Assembly (NCBI RefSeq): GCF_028368995.1
Contig: NZ_JAQNDL010000003.1
Location: 2,144,001-2,208,000 of the forward strand
Source of the DNA: Nannocystis bainbridge
GTDB taxonomy: Bacteria; Myxococcota_A; Polyangia; Nannocystales; Nannocystaceae
DNA length: 64,000 nucleotides
Direction: 5' to 3'
This document shows positions 36,878 through 47,021 of this stretch, one piece after another (position 1 is the stretch's first letter; the number at the start of each line of letters is the position of its first letter). The notes beneath the pieces are model-generated. The model ran no database searches, was not told where the DNA came from, and saw only the letters and a list, made by a program, of their open reading frames with translations. The position numbers and the translations under genes were made by a program.

Positions 36878-39800
36878 TTACTCGGACGACCGCGCCCGCA
36901 CCCCGAGGCGCGTCAGCCCTTCGCGGTCGACGTAGACCCACTCCGGCCCCTCGTCGTCGAGGCGCGCCTGCTGGATCTGCCCGTCGGCGATCGTCGCCGA
37001 CCCGCCTGCCGGCAGCGGCTTCGTGTGCAGCGTCGGCCCGTCCGCGCCGCCGCGGGCGAACACCAGCCGCCGCGACGTCCCGGCCACCAACACCGCCAGC
37101 ACATCCGTGACGCCGTCGCCATCGAAGTCCTCGACCGCCAGGCCGCCGATCTGCGCCTCCTCCGGCCCGAGCCGCAGGTCCCGGCAATCGCCGCGCGGCC
37201 CGCTCGCCCCGCCGTGACACACCCGCAGCGTCGCCCCGCCGGCGTAGCCCGCGGCTGCCAGCACATCGCCGTGACCGTCGCCGTCGACATCGCCGGCCGC
37301 CAGCGGCCCCGCGCTCCAGCCCAGCGGCCACGTCTTCGGCGCGCTCGCGAACCCGCCGCTCCCGTCGCCCCCGTATACATGCGCCCCGCCGCCCCACGAC
37401 AGCAGCAGCGCATCGAGCCGCCCGTCGCGATCGACATCGCCGAGCGCGAGCCCCATCGCCCCCGCCGCCACCAGCGGTCCCCTGCGCCCCGCGCTCAGCC
37501 CCTCGGGCCCGCCCAGGTGCGTCACCAGCACCCCGGCCGGCTCCACGTACACCAGGTCCGCGTCGCCGTCGCCGTCGACGTCCCCCGCGCGCAGCGGACC
37601 GCTCGCGCGCACCTCGAGCCCCCGCTTCGCCACGGGCACCCAGCGATCGCCCCGCGCCCGCCACAGCCCGGTCCCCTCGGTCTGCGCCGTCAGCAGCTCA
37701 TCGATCCCATCGCCGTCGAAATCGAGCAACAACCCGGCCGCATTCTCAGATGCCCCAAAGGACATGTCGTATCGAACATGCCCCAAAGAACCTGTCCCAT
37801 CGAACCTGCCCGTCCCCACGCCCCCGTCACGACCGAGCACCACCACCTCGTCGCTACCATCACCATCGACGTCCCCGAGCTGCACCGCCTGCGCCTGCCC
37901 CGTCTGCCGCGCTGGCGAACGATCGGCCACCAGCACCCCCTGCGGCCCCCCGCGCAGCACTTCCAGCCCGTCCTCTCCCGCGGCCGCCAGATCGGGCACA
38001 CCATCACCGTCAAAATCCGCCACCGCCAGCGCGCGCGGCCGATTGCTCGCCGTCGTCATCCCACCTGCCACCAACTGCGGCAACCACGGCAGCGCATGCC
38101 CGAGCTGCACCGTCACCCGTGGCGACGCGAACCGCTCCGACAGCATCAAAACATCCACGCGCCCGTCGCCGTCGAGCTCTTCCACCAGAGCCCCGTCGCA
38201 GCGCGATGTTGAAACCCACACCGCCGGCGCGAACAAGTTCCAGGCCCGCCCGGTCGCTATAATTAAACCGTCGTCGCGGCACACCAGCAGATCGGCCAGC
38301 CCATCGCCGTCGACATCGGCGCGCGTCAGCCCCAGTGTGCGCCCCTCGGGCAGCGTCCCCGCGATCCACCGCTGGCCCGCGCTGCGGCTCTCGATCACGA
38401 TCTGCGGCCCCTCGCTGCCCTGCCCGACATGCAGCAGCTCGTCGCCCGCGTACTCCGCCGAGAACTCCCCCACGATCAGATCGTCGCTGGCCGCGAACTC
38501 GCGCGACATCGAAGCGTCGACCAGCGCGAACGCCTCGCCCGTCAGCGCCAGCGTCAAAAGCCCCGTCGTCGCCTCCGCCGCCTCGCCCGCGAACGCACCT
38601 TGCAGCGCCAGCAGCTCGCTGCGGCCGTCGCCGTCCGCGTCGAAGCCGACCACTCGCCGCGGATCGCCCGCGAACGCGAACTCGACCGGCGATGCGAATC
38701 GTTCACCGACCCCGCGCGCGCTCCACAGCCGGCCCGCCTGCACCTCGCCGGCGCTCGCCTGCCCCGCGCGGCGCCACGTCACCACGTCGTCGACCCCATC
38801 GCCGTCGAGGTCGGCCAGCGCCAGCGCGGCCGCCCCGTCCGGCCCCGGCGAGCGCACCGGCGCGGCGAAGCCCCCCTCCTGCCCGCGCAGCACCACCAGT
38901 TCGCCGCGCTCGCCGTCGCTGACCACCAGATCGGTCCACCCGTCGCGGTCGAGGTCGCGCGCCACCATCGGCCCCGTCAGCCCCGCCGCCCGGGTCGAGA
39001 ACCACGGCGTGAACCCGAACCCCGGTCGTTCGCGCAGCACCGTCGCCCCCGCGCCCGCGTCGCGCACCACCACCTCGTCGCGCCCGTCGCCGTCGACATC
39101 GCCGACCGCCAGCCCGTCCCACGCCTCCGCGTCGGTCGTGGTCCGCCGCTCCGGCGCCGCCAGCGGCAGCCGCGTCAGCGCCGGCTGCAACCTCGACATG
39201 ACCAAAAGTTCATGCCCGTTCGGACCTGTCCACAACGACATGTCCGAAGGGCCCGCCGCCACCGGCCAGCGCCGGGCCTCGCGCGCCCCGCCCGCCCCGT
39301 CGCCGAACACCACTGCCACCTCGTCGAGCAGCGCGTCGATCACCGCCAGGTCGAGCGCCCCGTCGCCGTCGAGGTCGGCCGCCAGCGCCTGCTGCGGACT
39401 CGCCCCCGCGTACAGCTCGCCGCCGGCCCGCAGCCCGCCATCACCTGTCCCAAAGAACAGCCTCGCGGTCCCCTCGCCCGCCAGCGTCACCACCACGTCG
39501 ATCCGCCCGTCCCCCGAGAAATCACCCGTCGTCACCGCCGTCGGCCGCTCTCCGGCGGCGATCGGCGCTCCGCTCGCCATTCCCATCGCCCCGGCCCGCA
39601 GCACCCGCAGATCGCCCGCCTCGGCGTCGGCGACGATCAGCTCCGCGCGCCCGTCCCCGTCGAGATCGGCGGCCGCCACCGCGACCGGCTGCGGGCCCAC
39701 CGGCACCTTCTCGACCGCGCCCCCGCGCAGCAGCGCCACCGCGGCCTCACCCGCCAGCGGCGCCGCGATCTCGAGCCGCCCGTCGCCGTCGAAGTCGGCG

Positions 39801-40072
39801 ATCGCCAGCCCCGCAGGCGCCTGACCGATCGGCCAGGTCTCCATCGCCCCCGACCCGCCCCACGCGATCGTCAGCGTCCCCAGCGATGGGCTGACCGTCA
39901 CCCACTCGCCCACCCCGTCGCCGTCGAGGTCGTGCACCTGCGCCGGGCCCTCGCCGCCGCCCAGGCCGAACCGCTCGCCCGGCGTCGCGCACACCTGGTC
40001 GATCGCACATTGCTCCGCGGCCAGCTCACACCCGGCCATCAGCACCATCACGACCGCCGCGACTGCCCTCAT
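36878..40072 (-). CDS. FG-GAP/VCBS repeat lipoprotein
   Basis: Many D[LFV]DGDG..D repeats; lipobox MAGC; ATGA-coupled to the upstream gene. Confidence 0.9.
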   Translation of the reverse strand: MRAVAAVVMVLMAGCELAAEQCAIDQVCATPGERFGLGGGEGPAQVHDLDGDGVGEWVTVSPSLGTLTIAWGGSGAMETWPIGQAPAGLAIADFDGDGRLEIAAPLAGEAAVALLRGGAVEKVPVGPQPVAVAAADLDGDGRAELIVADAEAGDLRVLRAGAMGMASGAPIAAGERPTAVTTGDFSGDGRIDVVVTLAGEGTARLFFGTGDGGLRAGGELYAGASPQQALAADLDGDGALDLAVIDALLDEVAVVFGDGAGGAREARRWPVAAGPSDMSLWTGPNGHELLVMSRLQPALTRLPLAAPERRTTTDAEAWDGLAVGDVDGDGRDEVVVRDAGAGATVLRERPGFGFTPWFSTRAAGLTGPMVARDLDRDGWTDLVVSDGERGELVVLRGQEGGFAAPVRSPGPDGAAALALADLDGDGVDDVVTWRRAGQASAGEVQAGRLWSARGVGERFASPVEFAFAGDPRRVVGFDADGDGRSELLALQGAFAGEAAEATTGLLTLALTGEAFALVDASMSREFAASDDLIVGEFSAEYAGDELLHVGQGSEGPQIVIESRSAGQRWIAGTLPEGRTLGLTRADVDGDGLADLLVCRDDGLIIATGRAWNLFAPAVWVSTSRCDGALVEELDGDGRVDVLMLSERFASPRVTVQLGHALPWLPQLVAGGMTTASNRPRALAVADFDGDGVPDLAAAGEDGLEVLRGGPQGVLVADRSPARQTGQAQAVQLGDVDGDGSDEVVVLGRDGGVGTGRFDGTGSLGHVRYDMSFGASENAAGLLLDFDGDGIDELLTAQTEGTGLWRARGDRWVPVAKRGLEVRASGPLRAGDVDGDGDADLVYVEPAGVLVTHLGGPEGLSAGRRGPLVAAGAMGLALGDVDRDGRLDALLLSWGGGAHVYGGDGSGGFASAPKTWPLGWSAGPLAAGDVDGDGHGDVLAAAGYAGGATLRVCHGGASGPRGDCRDLRLGPEEAQIGGLAVEDFDGDGVTDVLAVLVAGTSRRLVFARGGADGPTLHTKPLPAGGSATIADGQIQQARLDDEGPEWVYVDREGLTRLGVRARSSE

Positions 40073-41136
40073 TCCCCGAGCTTCTCCACCACCACCCCGA
40101 ACGTCACCGGCGCGGCGGCCTCGGTCTCGGCGCGCAAGAAGTAGCGGCCCGCCGGGAGCTCGACCTCCCGCACCTCGCCGGCGAGCAGCCGCACCAGGCT
40201 GGCCCGCTCGCACCCGCCACAGCTCCCGATCGTCGCCCGCACCGCCCCGCTGTCGCGCAGCTCGACGCGGAAGCGCCCCGTCGCCGCGACCTCGAAGCTG
40301 TGCAGCGTCCGCACATTCACCCCCGCGGCCCCGATCGCCGTGTCGTCCTCGCAGTCGAGCGTCAAGGAGCGGGCCAGCCGGTCGCCGTCCCACGCCAGCT
40401 CGGGCGCCTCGCACTCGAATGTTTTAAAACGATACCCCGAATAGTAGCAGTCCGCCCGCTCGGCCTCGAACTCGACGACGGTCTGCTCGAGCGTCGTCCC
40501 GAACACCGCACGAAACGCGCGCGCCAGGGTCCGGTACGAATCGGCGTACCAGGTCCGGCGATAGAACTCGAGGTGCAGGTCCAGCCCGAAGCGATCGATC
40601 AGGTAGCGGGTGAACGCCCCGGCGACAAAATAATACTCGCCTGGCAGCCACAGCGAGCGGCCCCGCAGCGCCGTCAACACCCGCGACATCGGAGCGGCCT
40701 TATCCCCGTCGCCGGCCTGCGGCTCATCGTCGGTCGGCCTGGCATCGCGCGCCCCGCCCTCGAACGCCATCGCCAGGCCCTCGACGAAGAACGGATGCGC
40801 CAGCCCGAGGTCGCTCGCTACCGCATGGACCAGCTCGTGCTCATGCGGCATCTCGGTGGCGTAGACCGTGCGACCCAGCGCGCACGCCGGCATGCCCGCA
40901 CACGGGTTGCGCCGCGCGTAGTGCTCCGGCGTCATCCAGCGGTAGGAGATCCGCGGCTCGTCCGGCAGCGGCAGCCCGCTCGCCCCGGCGAACCACTCGA
41001 CGAACCGGTCCATGTGCTCGAGCGTGCCGCCGCACATCTGCAACCCGGCGTCCGCCTCGACCTCGACCTGCCGCCCCCGCGTCTCCGCCGTCTCCAGACA
41101 GCCGACCAGCCACCAAACCATCCCCACCAAGATCAC
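40069..41136 (-). CDS. Lipoprotein with HExxH zinc-metallopeptidase motif (gluzincin-like)
   Basis: LVGC lipobox; HELVH...FVEGLA; start approximate. Confidence 0.7.
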   Translation of the reverse strand: MILVGMVWWLVGCLETAETRGRQVEVEADAGLQMCGGTLEHMDRFVEWFAGASGLPLPDEPRISYRWMTPEHYARRNPCAGMPACALGRTVYATEMPHEHELVHAVASDLGLAHPFFVEGLAMAFEGGARDARPTDDEPQAGDGDKAAPMSRVLTALRGRSLWLPGEYYFVAGAFTRYLIDRFGLDLHLEFYRRTWYADSYRTLARAFRAVFGTTLEQTVVEFEAERADCYYSGYRFKTFECEAPELAWDGDRLARSLTLDCEDDTAIGAAGVNVRTLHSFEVAATGRFRVELRDSGAVRATIGSCGGCERASLVRLLAGEVREVELPAGRYFLRAETEAAAPVTFGVVVEKLGE

Positions 41137-41406
41137 GTGTCCCCAAGGACATCTTTTTTTAATGGGGCGAGCGGACGCCCGGGTGAGGATCGAGGACAGC
41201 ACCGACCTCGGCAGGCTACTTCAGCAACCTCGGCCAGATCTCACGAACCATCAAAAAACCCTCAACGCGATCGCACGGCGCCCCACCCGCCCTCTTCATA
41301 TCTCGAGTGGCAACGCTCGCAGCGATCACCCGACCGGCGCCTCGCTCGCCGCAACCTGAAGCCGCGCTCGCCGCAATCACAAGTGGATGCCGGGCATCAT
41401 TCCTGG

Positions 41407-41700
41407 CAATGACAAGAGCGACGCCACGCTCGCCGCCCCCACGACGCCACGCGCGCCGCAATCCCGGGACCGGCAACGCCCGTCACACCCGACAATGACA
41501 CGAGCGGCGCCGCGCTCGCCGCCCGCACGACACCGCGCGCGCCACGATCCCGGGATCGGCTACGCCCGCCACTCCGGACAATGACACGAGCGGCGCCACG
41601 TTCGCCGCCGCACGACGCAATTCGAGAGCCGCCACCCCCGCGGCGTCACTCCCGACAGTGACACGCTCGGCGCCCCGCTCGCCGCCTCGCTGCTCTCGGC
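41407..41700. repeat. Four degenerate ~86-bp tandem repeats
   Basis: CA[A/G]TGACA.G..CG.CGCC.CG.TCGCCGCC at 41407, 41493, 41579 and 41656. Confidence 0.8.
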
Positions 41701-43074
41701 TCAGTACTCGAACAGGCAGCGCGTGATCGGCACTCCGATGTCGGCCAGCACGTACAGATAGTACCGCGAACCGTCCTTCAGCGCCGGCGGCGACCCGTCG
41801 ACCGGGAAGCTCTGGCTCGCGCCGTCCGGCAACTCCCCGTAGCGGACACCGCCACTCGGCATCGGCGCGCTGTCCCACGGCACCTCCACCCGCCAATGTG
41901 TCCCTTCGGGCAGGTCGAGATTCGGCGGCAGACCGGGGTTCGGCGCGTCGGCGGCCAGCACGTACAGGTAGCGCGCGCTGCCGCCTTCCCACGTGATCGT
42001 CCCGTCGCTCGCCGCTCCTTCGCCCGCTGCGCACGCCTGCGGCTCGAACAGGAGCTGCTGGTAGAACGGCGCCGGGGTCGGGTCCGCCTCGGCGAAATCG
42101 TCGGGTGACATCCCGCGGTGCTCGAGCTCCGCGGCGAAGAACGCCCGCATGCGCTCCGGATCGGTCGTCGGCAGCCCCGTGCTCGCGCGGTCGAAGCCGT
42201 TGTTCTCGGCCGCCGGATAGGCCCCGAGCAGCGACGAGTCGAGGAACCCGCCGGCGAACGCCAGCCCGTACGGCGTGAAAGTGTTGATCCAATTGCCGGG
42301 CGCCTCGATGTCCCAGATCGCCGCCCCGTCGGGCGTGATGCTCGTCTGATGGCAGCACACGCACGCGCACGCCGACACCTGCTCCGTCACCCACGCCAGC
42401 TCCTCGGCGTAGGCCGTGTCGCCCAGGCGCGGATCGTCGACCTGCGGCTCCGGCGTCATCTGGGCCGAGTACGGCCGCTGCGTCCGCACCATGTCGCACG
42501 ACGCGTACTCCGCGAAGTCGCGCCCCGGCTCGGTGCAGCCCGAGATCATCGACCACGTGCAGACATCGCCGCCCTCGCCCGCACCGGCCGGCTCGCCCTC
42601 GAGCGGCTGCTTGCACTCGAGCACCGGCCACTGGAACACGTTGCCCTCGACCGGGTCAGGCAGGTCCTCGCCGCCGCACACCGGCCCGGGCACGAAGATC
42701 CCGCCGCCGAAGAGCTCACAACCCCGCTCCTGCTGCCGACAATCGCCGTTGTCCGCCCCGGGCACGACCACGCGGATCACCCGCTCCGGATCGCCGAGGA
42801 TGCACGCGCCGAGGATGTCCTCATATTCGCAGGCCCCGCCCTCGAGCTCCGCGCCCCAATCACGGCAGTCCGCGCTCGCCCCCGCCTCGTCCCAGCGGTC
42901 GCCGCGGTATTCGCGGCACTCGGTCCGCTTGGAGAACCGATTTTTATAGGTGCAGTGCCCCAGCACCGTCTCCGGAATCAGCGGGTCCCCGCTCCGATTG
43001 CAGCCCCCGGCCACCAGCGTGAGCGGCGCAAAAACGAGCAACTGCAGGGACCAGGTCGAGCGGAGCGGCAGCAT
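41701..43074 (-). CDS. Cys-rich lipoprotein with a CxxCH motif, hypothetical
   Basis: Lipobox AGGC; CACVCCH. Confidence 0.75.
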   Translation of the reverse strand: MLPLRSTWSLQLLVFAPLTLVAGGCNRSGDPLIPETVLGHCTYKNRFSKRTECREYRGDRWDEAGASADCRDWGAELEGGACEYEDILGACILGDPERVIRVVVPGADNGDCRQQERGCELFGGGIFVPGPVCGGEDLPDPVEGNVFQWPVLECKQPLEGEPAGAGEGGDVCTWSMISGCTEPGRDFAEYASCDMVRTQRPYSAQMTPEPQVDDPRLGDTAYAEELAWVTEQVSACACVCCHQTSITPDGAAIWDIEAPGNWINTFTPYGLAFAGGFLDSSLLGAYPAAENNGFDRASTGLPTTDPERMRAFFAAELEHRGMSPDDFAEADPTPAPFYQQLLFEPQACAAGEGAASDGTITWEGGSARYLYVLAADAPNPGLPPNLDLPEGTHWRVEVPWDSAPMPSGGVRYGELPDGASQSFPVDGSPPALKDGSRYYLYVLADIGVPITRCLFEY

Positions 43075-43413
43075 GGTGCTCGAGTGTGATAAAGGTTTGT
43101 TCAGGAGTCAAGGCGCGTTCAGGACGTTTGATAGGTAAAAATGATACGAATTCTAGCCGCTTTTGCGCACTATCGAGCAGGCGCGTACAAAGCATGAACA
43201 ACCCGCCTGCAAGCGCCTCAGGCTTCCATGATCCAGTTCCTCCCGCCCCGCCACCCCCGTCGTTTCTATTGTCGAGTCGGCCGTGCTTCGAGCCGGGCCT
43301 CGCGCGATCGTGCCACCGGATTCATGTCTCTTCGGACAGGCCATCGACGAGTCGCTCGACGGCCTCGACCAGGGATCTCGCGAATCACACCATCGCCGCA
43401 CCCTCGTGGCGAA

Positions 43414-44178
43414 TCACTCCACCAGCGTGCGCACCACCGCTCGCTGCTTCACCTCGCACGTGAACGTCTCCACCACCGTGCTCCCCCGCAGCGCGCCGCT
43501 CCCGGGCGTCGACCACCAGTCAGCCTCCGCCAGCCAGGCGAGCACCGCCGGCCTCTCGCTCTCCGGCAGCGCGGCCGCGGCTTCGCCGGCGCAACTGCTG
43601 AACCCCTTGGCCCAGCCGCGGTGGATCGTACAAAGGTTGCACCAATGGGCCCACAGCCGCGGGCTCTCGCGCAGGCCCTGCAGCAGCGCGCGAATCGTGG
43701 CACTGGACACCGTCGACGTCCCCTCCACGGTCGGCGTCGTGATGCGCACCGTGCCGCCGGCAGCGAGCCCGCGGCGCGCCAGCAGACCGCTGGCGGGCGC
43801 CCCCGCCGGCGGCTTGTGATTGCGCGGGTTCTCGCCGAGCGCCGTCCCGATCTGCTGGACGTACGCCATCCCCAGGGGCCGCGCTGGCAGATACCCGGGC
43901 CCCTCCGCTGCCGCCGCGACGGCCGTCTGCGCCGTCCCCGACAGCGCGGGCGACACCTCGCGGAACAGCGCGCGCAACTCGGCGTCGCGGCCCCGTTGCA
44001 GGCTTGCGAGGTCCAGCCCCACGCGAAACTCGAGCGCGCTCCGAGCCTCGGCGTCGAGCCGCGCCGGGTCGCGTGCCAGGCGAGCGGCGACCAACTCGGA
44101 GATCACCGAGCCCGCCCCGGTCACCGCCCAGATCCACACCCCATACTCGCGCGCCGGCAGGGCCTCGTGCTCGATCAC
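43414..44178 (-). CDS. Hypothetical protein
   Basis: 254-aa ORF co-directional with the aroC operon; no family recognised. Confidence 0.5.
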   Translation of the reverse strand: MIEHEALPAREYGVWIWAVTGAGSVISELVAARLARDPARLDAEARSALEFRVGLDLASLQRGRDAELRALFREVSPALSGTAQTAVAAAAEGPGYLPARPLGMAYVQQIGTALGENPRNHKPPAGAPASGLLARRGLAAGGTVRITTPTVEGTSTVSSATIRALLQGLRESPRLWAHWCNLCTIHRGWAKGFSSCAGEAAAALPESERPAVLAWLAEADWWSTPGSGALRGSTVVETFTCEVKQRAVVRTLVE

Positions 44179-44226
44179 CCCATCCGAATACCACGACTCA
44201 CCGGCAGCTCGTACCGATGCGCGCGC

Positions 44227-44913
44227 CTAACCCATGAAGCGCAGCGGATCGTCGGGCCGCTCCGCCTGGCTGCGCAGCGCCCCCTTGCGCTGCGAAGCGA
44301 TCGCTGCCCGCGTGCGGTCGACCAGGCTCGCCGGCACCCGGATCTTCGAGAGCTTGCCGGTCAGCACCACCCCGCCGGTCAGCAGATCGCGACGGACCCG
44401 CTGCACCGCCGAGAATTGCAGCCGCTGCGGCTCTCCGCGGCGCGGCACCTCGAGCACCGCCGTATCGGTGACCAGGATCGCCCGCTGGCTGAATTGCTCG
44501 CGCACCAGCCACAGCAGCATCGGCGACAGCAGCACCGCGATCGGCCGCCACAGATCGGCGAACGGTTGGTCCCAGAACTCCGGCGCCAGCAGGCTCGCCA
44601 CCAGCAGCACCGCCGCGCTGATGCCCCCGATCCACGCCAGCGGCCGCAGGTCGAAGCCTGCCTTCGCGTCCCACCACACCAGCGCCTCGCCGAGCCGCAG
44701 GTGCCGCGCGATCTCCAGCGGCGCCGTCCCCGGCGACGGCGGGGCCCCGGGCGCCAGCACACGTGGCCCTCCGGGCATGTCCATATAGACAGGTTCTTGC
44801 ACCGCCTCGGGCGGCAGATCGTACACCAGCGGCCCCGGCGGCAGCGCCGGCCGCTCGCCCCCGGAGACCACCCGGAACGCCCGTCGGCGCGCCTCGGGGG
44901 ACTCGTCCGTCAT
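44227..44913 (-). CDS. Membrane protein with bPH-like C-terminal domain
   Basis: Two TM segments followed by AILVTDTAVL; ATGA-coupled to aroC. Confidence 0.65.
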   Translation of the reverse strand: MTDESPEARRRAFRVVSGGERPALPPGPLVYDLPPEAVQEPVYMDMPGGPRVLAPGAPPSPGTAPLEIARHLRLGEALVWWDAKAGFDLRPLAWIGGISAAVLLVASLLAPEFWDQPFADLWRPIAVLLSPMLLWLVREQFSQRAILVTDTAVLEVPRRGEPQRLQFSAVQRVRRDLLTGGVVLTGKLSKIRVPASLVDRTRAAIASQRKGALRSQAERPDDPLRFMG

Positions 44914-46019
44914 CGCCGCAGCCCGTCCATCGTCGCCAGGCGGGCCCGCAGCATGTGGTCGCACAGGACCAGCGCGGCCATCGCCTCGACCATCGGCACC
45001 GCCCGCGGCAGCACGCACGGGTCATGGCGCCCGCGGGCCTGGAACGTCACCGCCTCGCCGGCGCGATTGACCGTCTGCTGCGGCTGGAAGATCGTCGCCA
45101 CCGGCTTGAACGCGACCGCCAGGCGGATCGCCTCGCCGTTGCTGATCCCGCCCTGGATCCCGCCTGAATGATTGGTGACCGTCCGGACCTGCCCGCGCTC
45201 GTCCTTGACGAATGGGTCGTTGTGCTGCGACCCGCGCAGCCTGGTCGACGCGAACCCGTCGCCGACCTCGAAGCCGCGGCTGGCCGGCAGGCTCATCATC
45301 GCCTTTGCCAGGTCCGCCGTCAGCTTGTCGAACACCGGCGCGCCCCAGCCCGCCGGCACCCCGCGCACCACGCAGCGGACCACCCCGCCGACCGTGTCGC
45401 CCTGCTTGCGCGCCGCCTCGATCACCGCCGTCATGTCCTCTGCGACATGTCCCTCGGGACAGCGAACCGCGCTGGCGTCGACCTGCGCGCGCGTCAACGT
45501 CGCCTCGTCGACCGCGGGCAGCACCACGTCGCCGACGGCCGCCACCCACGCCACGATCTCGATCCCGTGCAGCGCCGCCAGCAGGTCCTCCGCCAGCGTC
45601 CCCGCCGCCACCCGGCCGACCGTCTCGCGCGCCGACGCCCGCCCGCCGCCGGCCACCGCCCGCAGCCCGTAGCGCGCGTCGTACGTGTAATCCGCGTGCG
45701 ACGGCCGGTACAGCGCCGCCAGGTCGTCGTAGTGGTGGCTGCGCGCGTCGCTGTTGCCGACCATCATCATGATCGGCGTGCCGAGCGTCAGCCCCGTCTC
45801 CGGCTCGAGCCCGCTGTACACCTGGACCGCGTCGGCCTCCTGGCGCGCCGAGGTCAGCTTGCCCTGGCCCGGCCGCCGGCGCGCCATCTGCTCGGCGATC
45901 CGCGCGTGCGGGAACGGATGCCCCGCCGGACAGCCGTCGACGACCACCCCGAGCCCCCCGCCGTGTGACTCGCCGAAGGTCGTGACCCGAAAGACATGTC
46001 CGAAGGTGTTGCCGCTCAT
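44910..46019 (-). CDS. aroC: Chorismate synthase
   Basis: TTFGESHG, RPSHAD, GGRASARET, NHSGGIQGGISNG, GRHDPCV. Confidence 0.98.
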   Translation of the reverse strand: MSGNTFGHVFRVTTFGESHGGGLGVVVDGCPAGHPFPHARIAEQMARRRPGQGKLTSARQEADAVQVYSGLEPETGLTLGTPIMMMVGNSDARSHHYDDLAALYRPSHADYTYDARYGLRAVAGGGRASARETVGRVAAGTLAEDLLAALHGIEIVAWVAAVGDVVLPAVDEATLTRAQVDASAVRCPEGHVAEDMTAVIEAARKQGDTVGGVVRCVVRGVPAGWGAPVFDKLTADLAKAMMSLPASRGFEVGDGFASTRLRGSQHNDPFVKDERGQVRTVTNHSGGIQGGISNGEAIRLAVAFKPVATIFQPQQTVNRAGEAVTFQARGRHDPCVLPRAVPMVEAMAALVLCDHMLRARLATMDGLRR

Positions 46020-46055
46020 GGTGTCCCCAAGAACATGTCCTTCACGCCAGGAAAC

Positions 46056-46904
46056 TCAGACCAGGAACTCTTGCACGAGCGCGCGCCAGCGCTCGGCCGC
46101 CTCGATGGCGACGGTGTGACCGACCTCGGGCAGCACCACCGCGCGGGCCGGCCCCGCGAACGCCCCTGCCAGCGCCTCCAGCTCGCCCGCGGGCGCCAGG
46201 CGGTCGAGCGCCCCCGCCAGCAGCAGCGTCGGCGCCTGGACCCGCGGCGCCAGCTGCAGCGGCGTCCACGGCGAGTCCGGGGTGTCGTTCAACGTCTGTG
46301 CGAACAGGGCGGAGATCCCCGCGTACGTGTTGCGCTGGACCGTCGCCCTGACGAACGCCTCCAGCACCGCCTCGTTGGCCTCGAGGTAACGCGGCCCGAG
46401 CGTATCGCCCAGGCTCACCCACGCCAGCGCCTCGAGGTCGCCGGTGCGCAGCGACTCCTGCCACGCGCGGACGATGACGCGTCCGAGCACCCCCCGCCCC
46501 GCGCTCACGCCCGACAGCACCAGCCGCCGCACCCGCTCGGGCCGCTCCGCCGCGATCGTCAGCGCCACCCGCCCGCCGAACGAGAACCCGCACAGGTCGA
46601 CCGGCTCCGTCACCCCGAGCGCGTCCAGCAGCCGCTCGAAATCACCGACGTGCACCGGCGGCGACACATCGGCCACGTCGAGCCGCGTCTGCCCCTGCCC
46701 GCGCGCCTCGTACACGATCACCGGCCGCTGCCCCGACAGCGGCCGCACCTGCCCGCCCCAGCTCGACAGCGTCTGCGTCATCCCGCCGAGGATCACCAGC
46801 GGCGGAGCCGCCCCGTCCTCCGGCCCCGCGCGCCGATCGACCCGGACCTGACCGACCAGGCCTGCACCGGCCACGGGATCGAGGATGTCGACGAACTCCG
46901 GCAC
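46056..46904 (-). CDS. Alpha/beta fold hydrolase
   Basis: YEARGQG, GFSFGG, GALD, VGH; start approximate. Confidence 0.88.
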   Translation of the reverse strand: MPEFVDILDPVAGAGLVGQVRVDRRAGPEDGAAPPLVILGGMTQTLSSWGGQVRPLSGQRPVIVYEARGQGQTRLDVADVSPPVHVGDFERLLDALGVTEPVDLCGFSFGGRVALTIAAERPERVRRLVLSGVSAGRGVLGRVIVRAWQESLRTGDLEALAWVSLGDTLGPRYLEANEAVLEAFVRATVQRNTYAGISALFAQTLNDTPDSPWTPLQLAPRVQAPTLLLAGALDRLAPAGELEALAGAFAGPARAVVLPEVGHTVAIEAAERWRALVQEFLV

Positions 46905-47021
46905 GCGCGCCACGAGCCTAAGGCCCCGCGCCGGGGGATTCAACCCACCCGCACCCGCGCGCGCGCACGGCCGCACCCGCCCCCGCTTGCACGCGCCGCG
47001 CGCCCCGCGTATCCCCACGCC

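Noticed and set aside
43300-43315. TGGCACG sigma-54-like -24 box (minus strand; another near 13920 on the plus strand)
   Set aside because: No GC at the required GG-N10-GC spacing.
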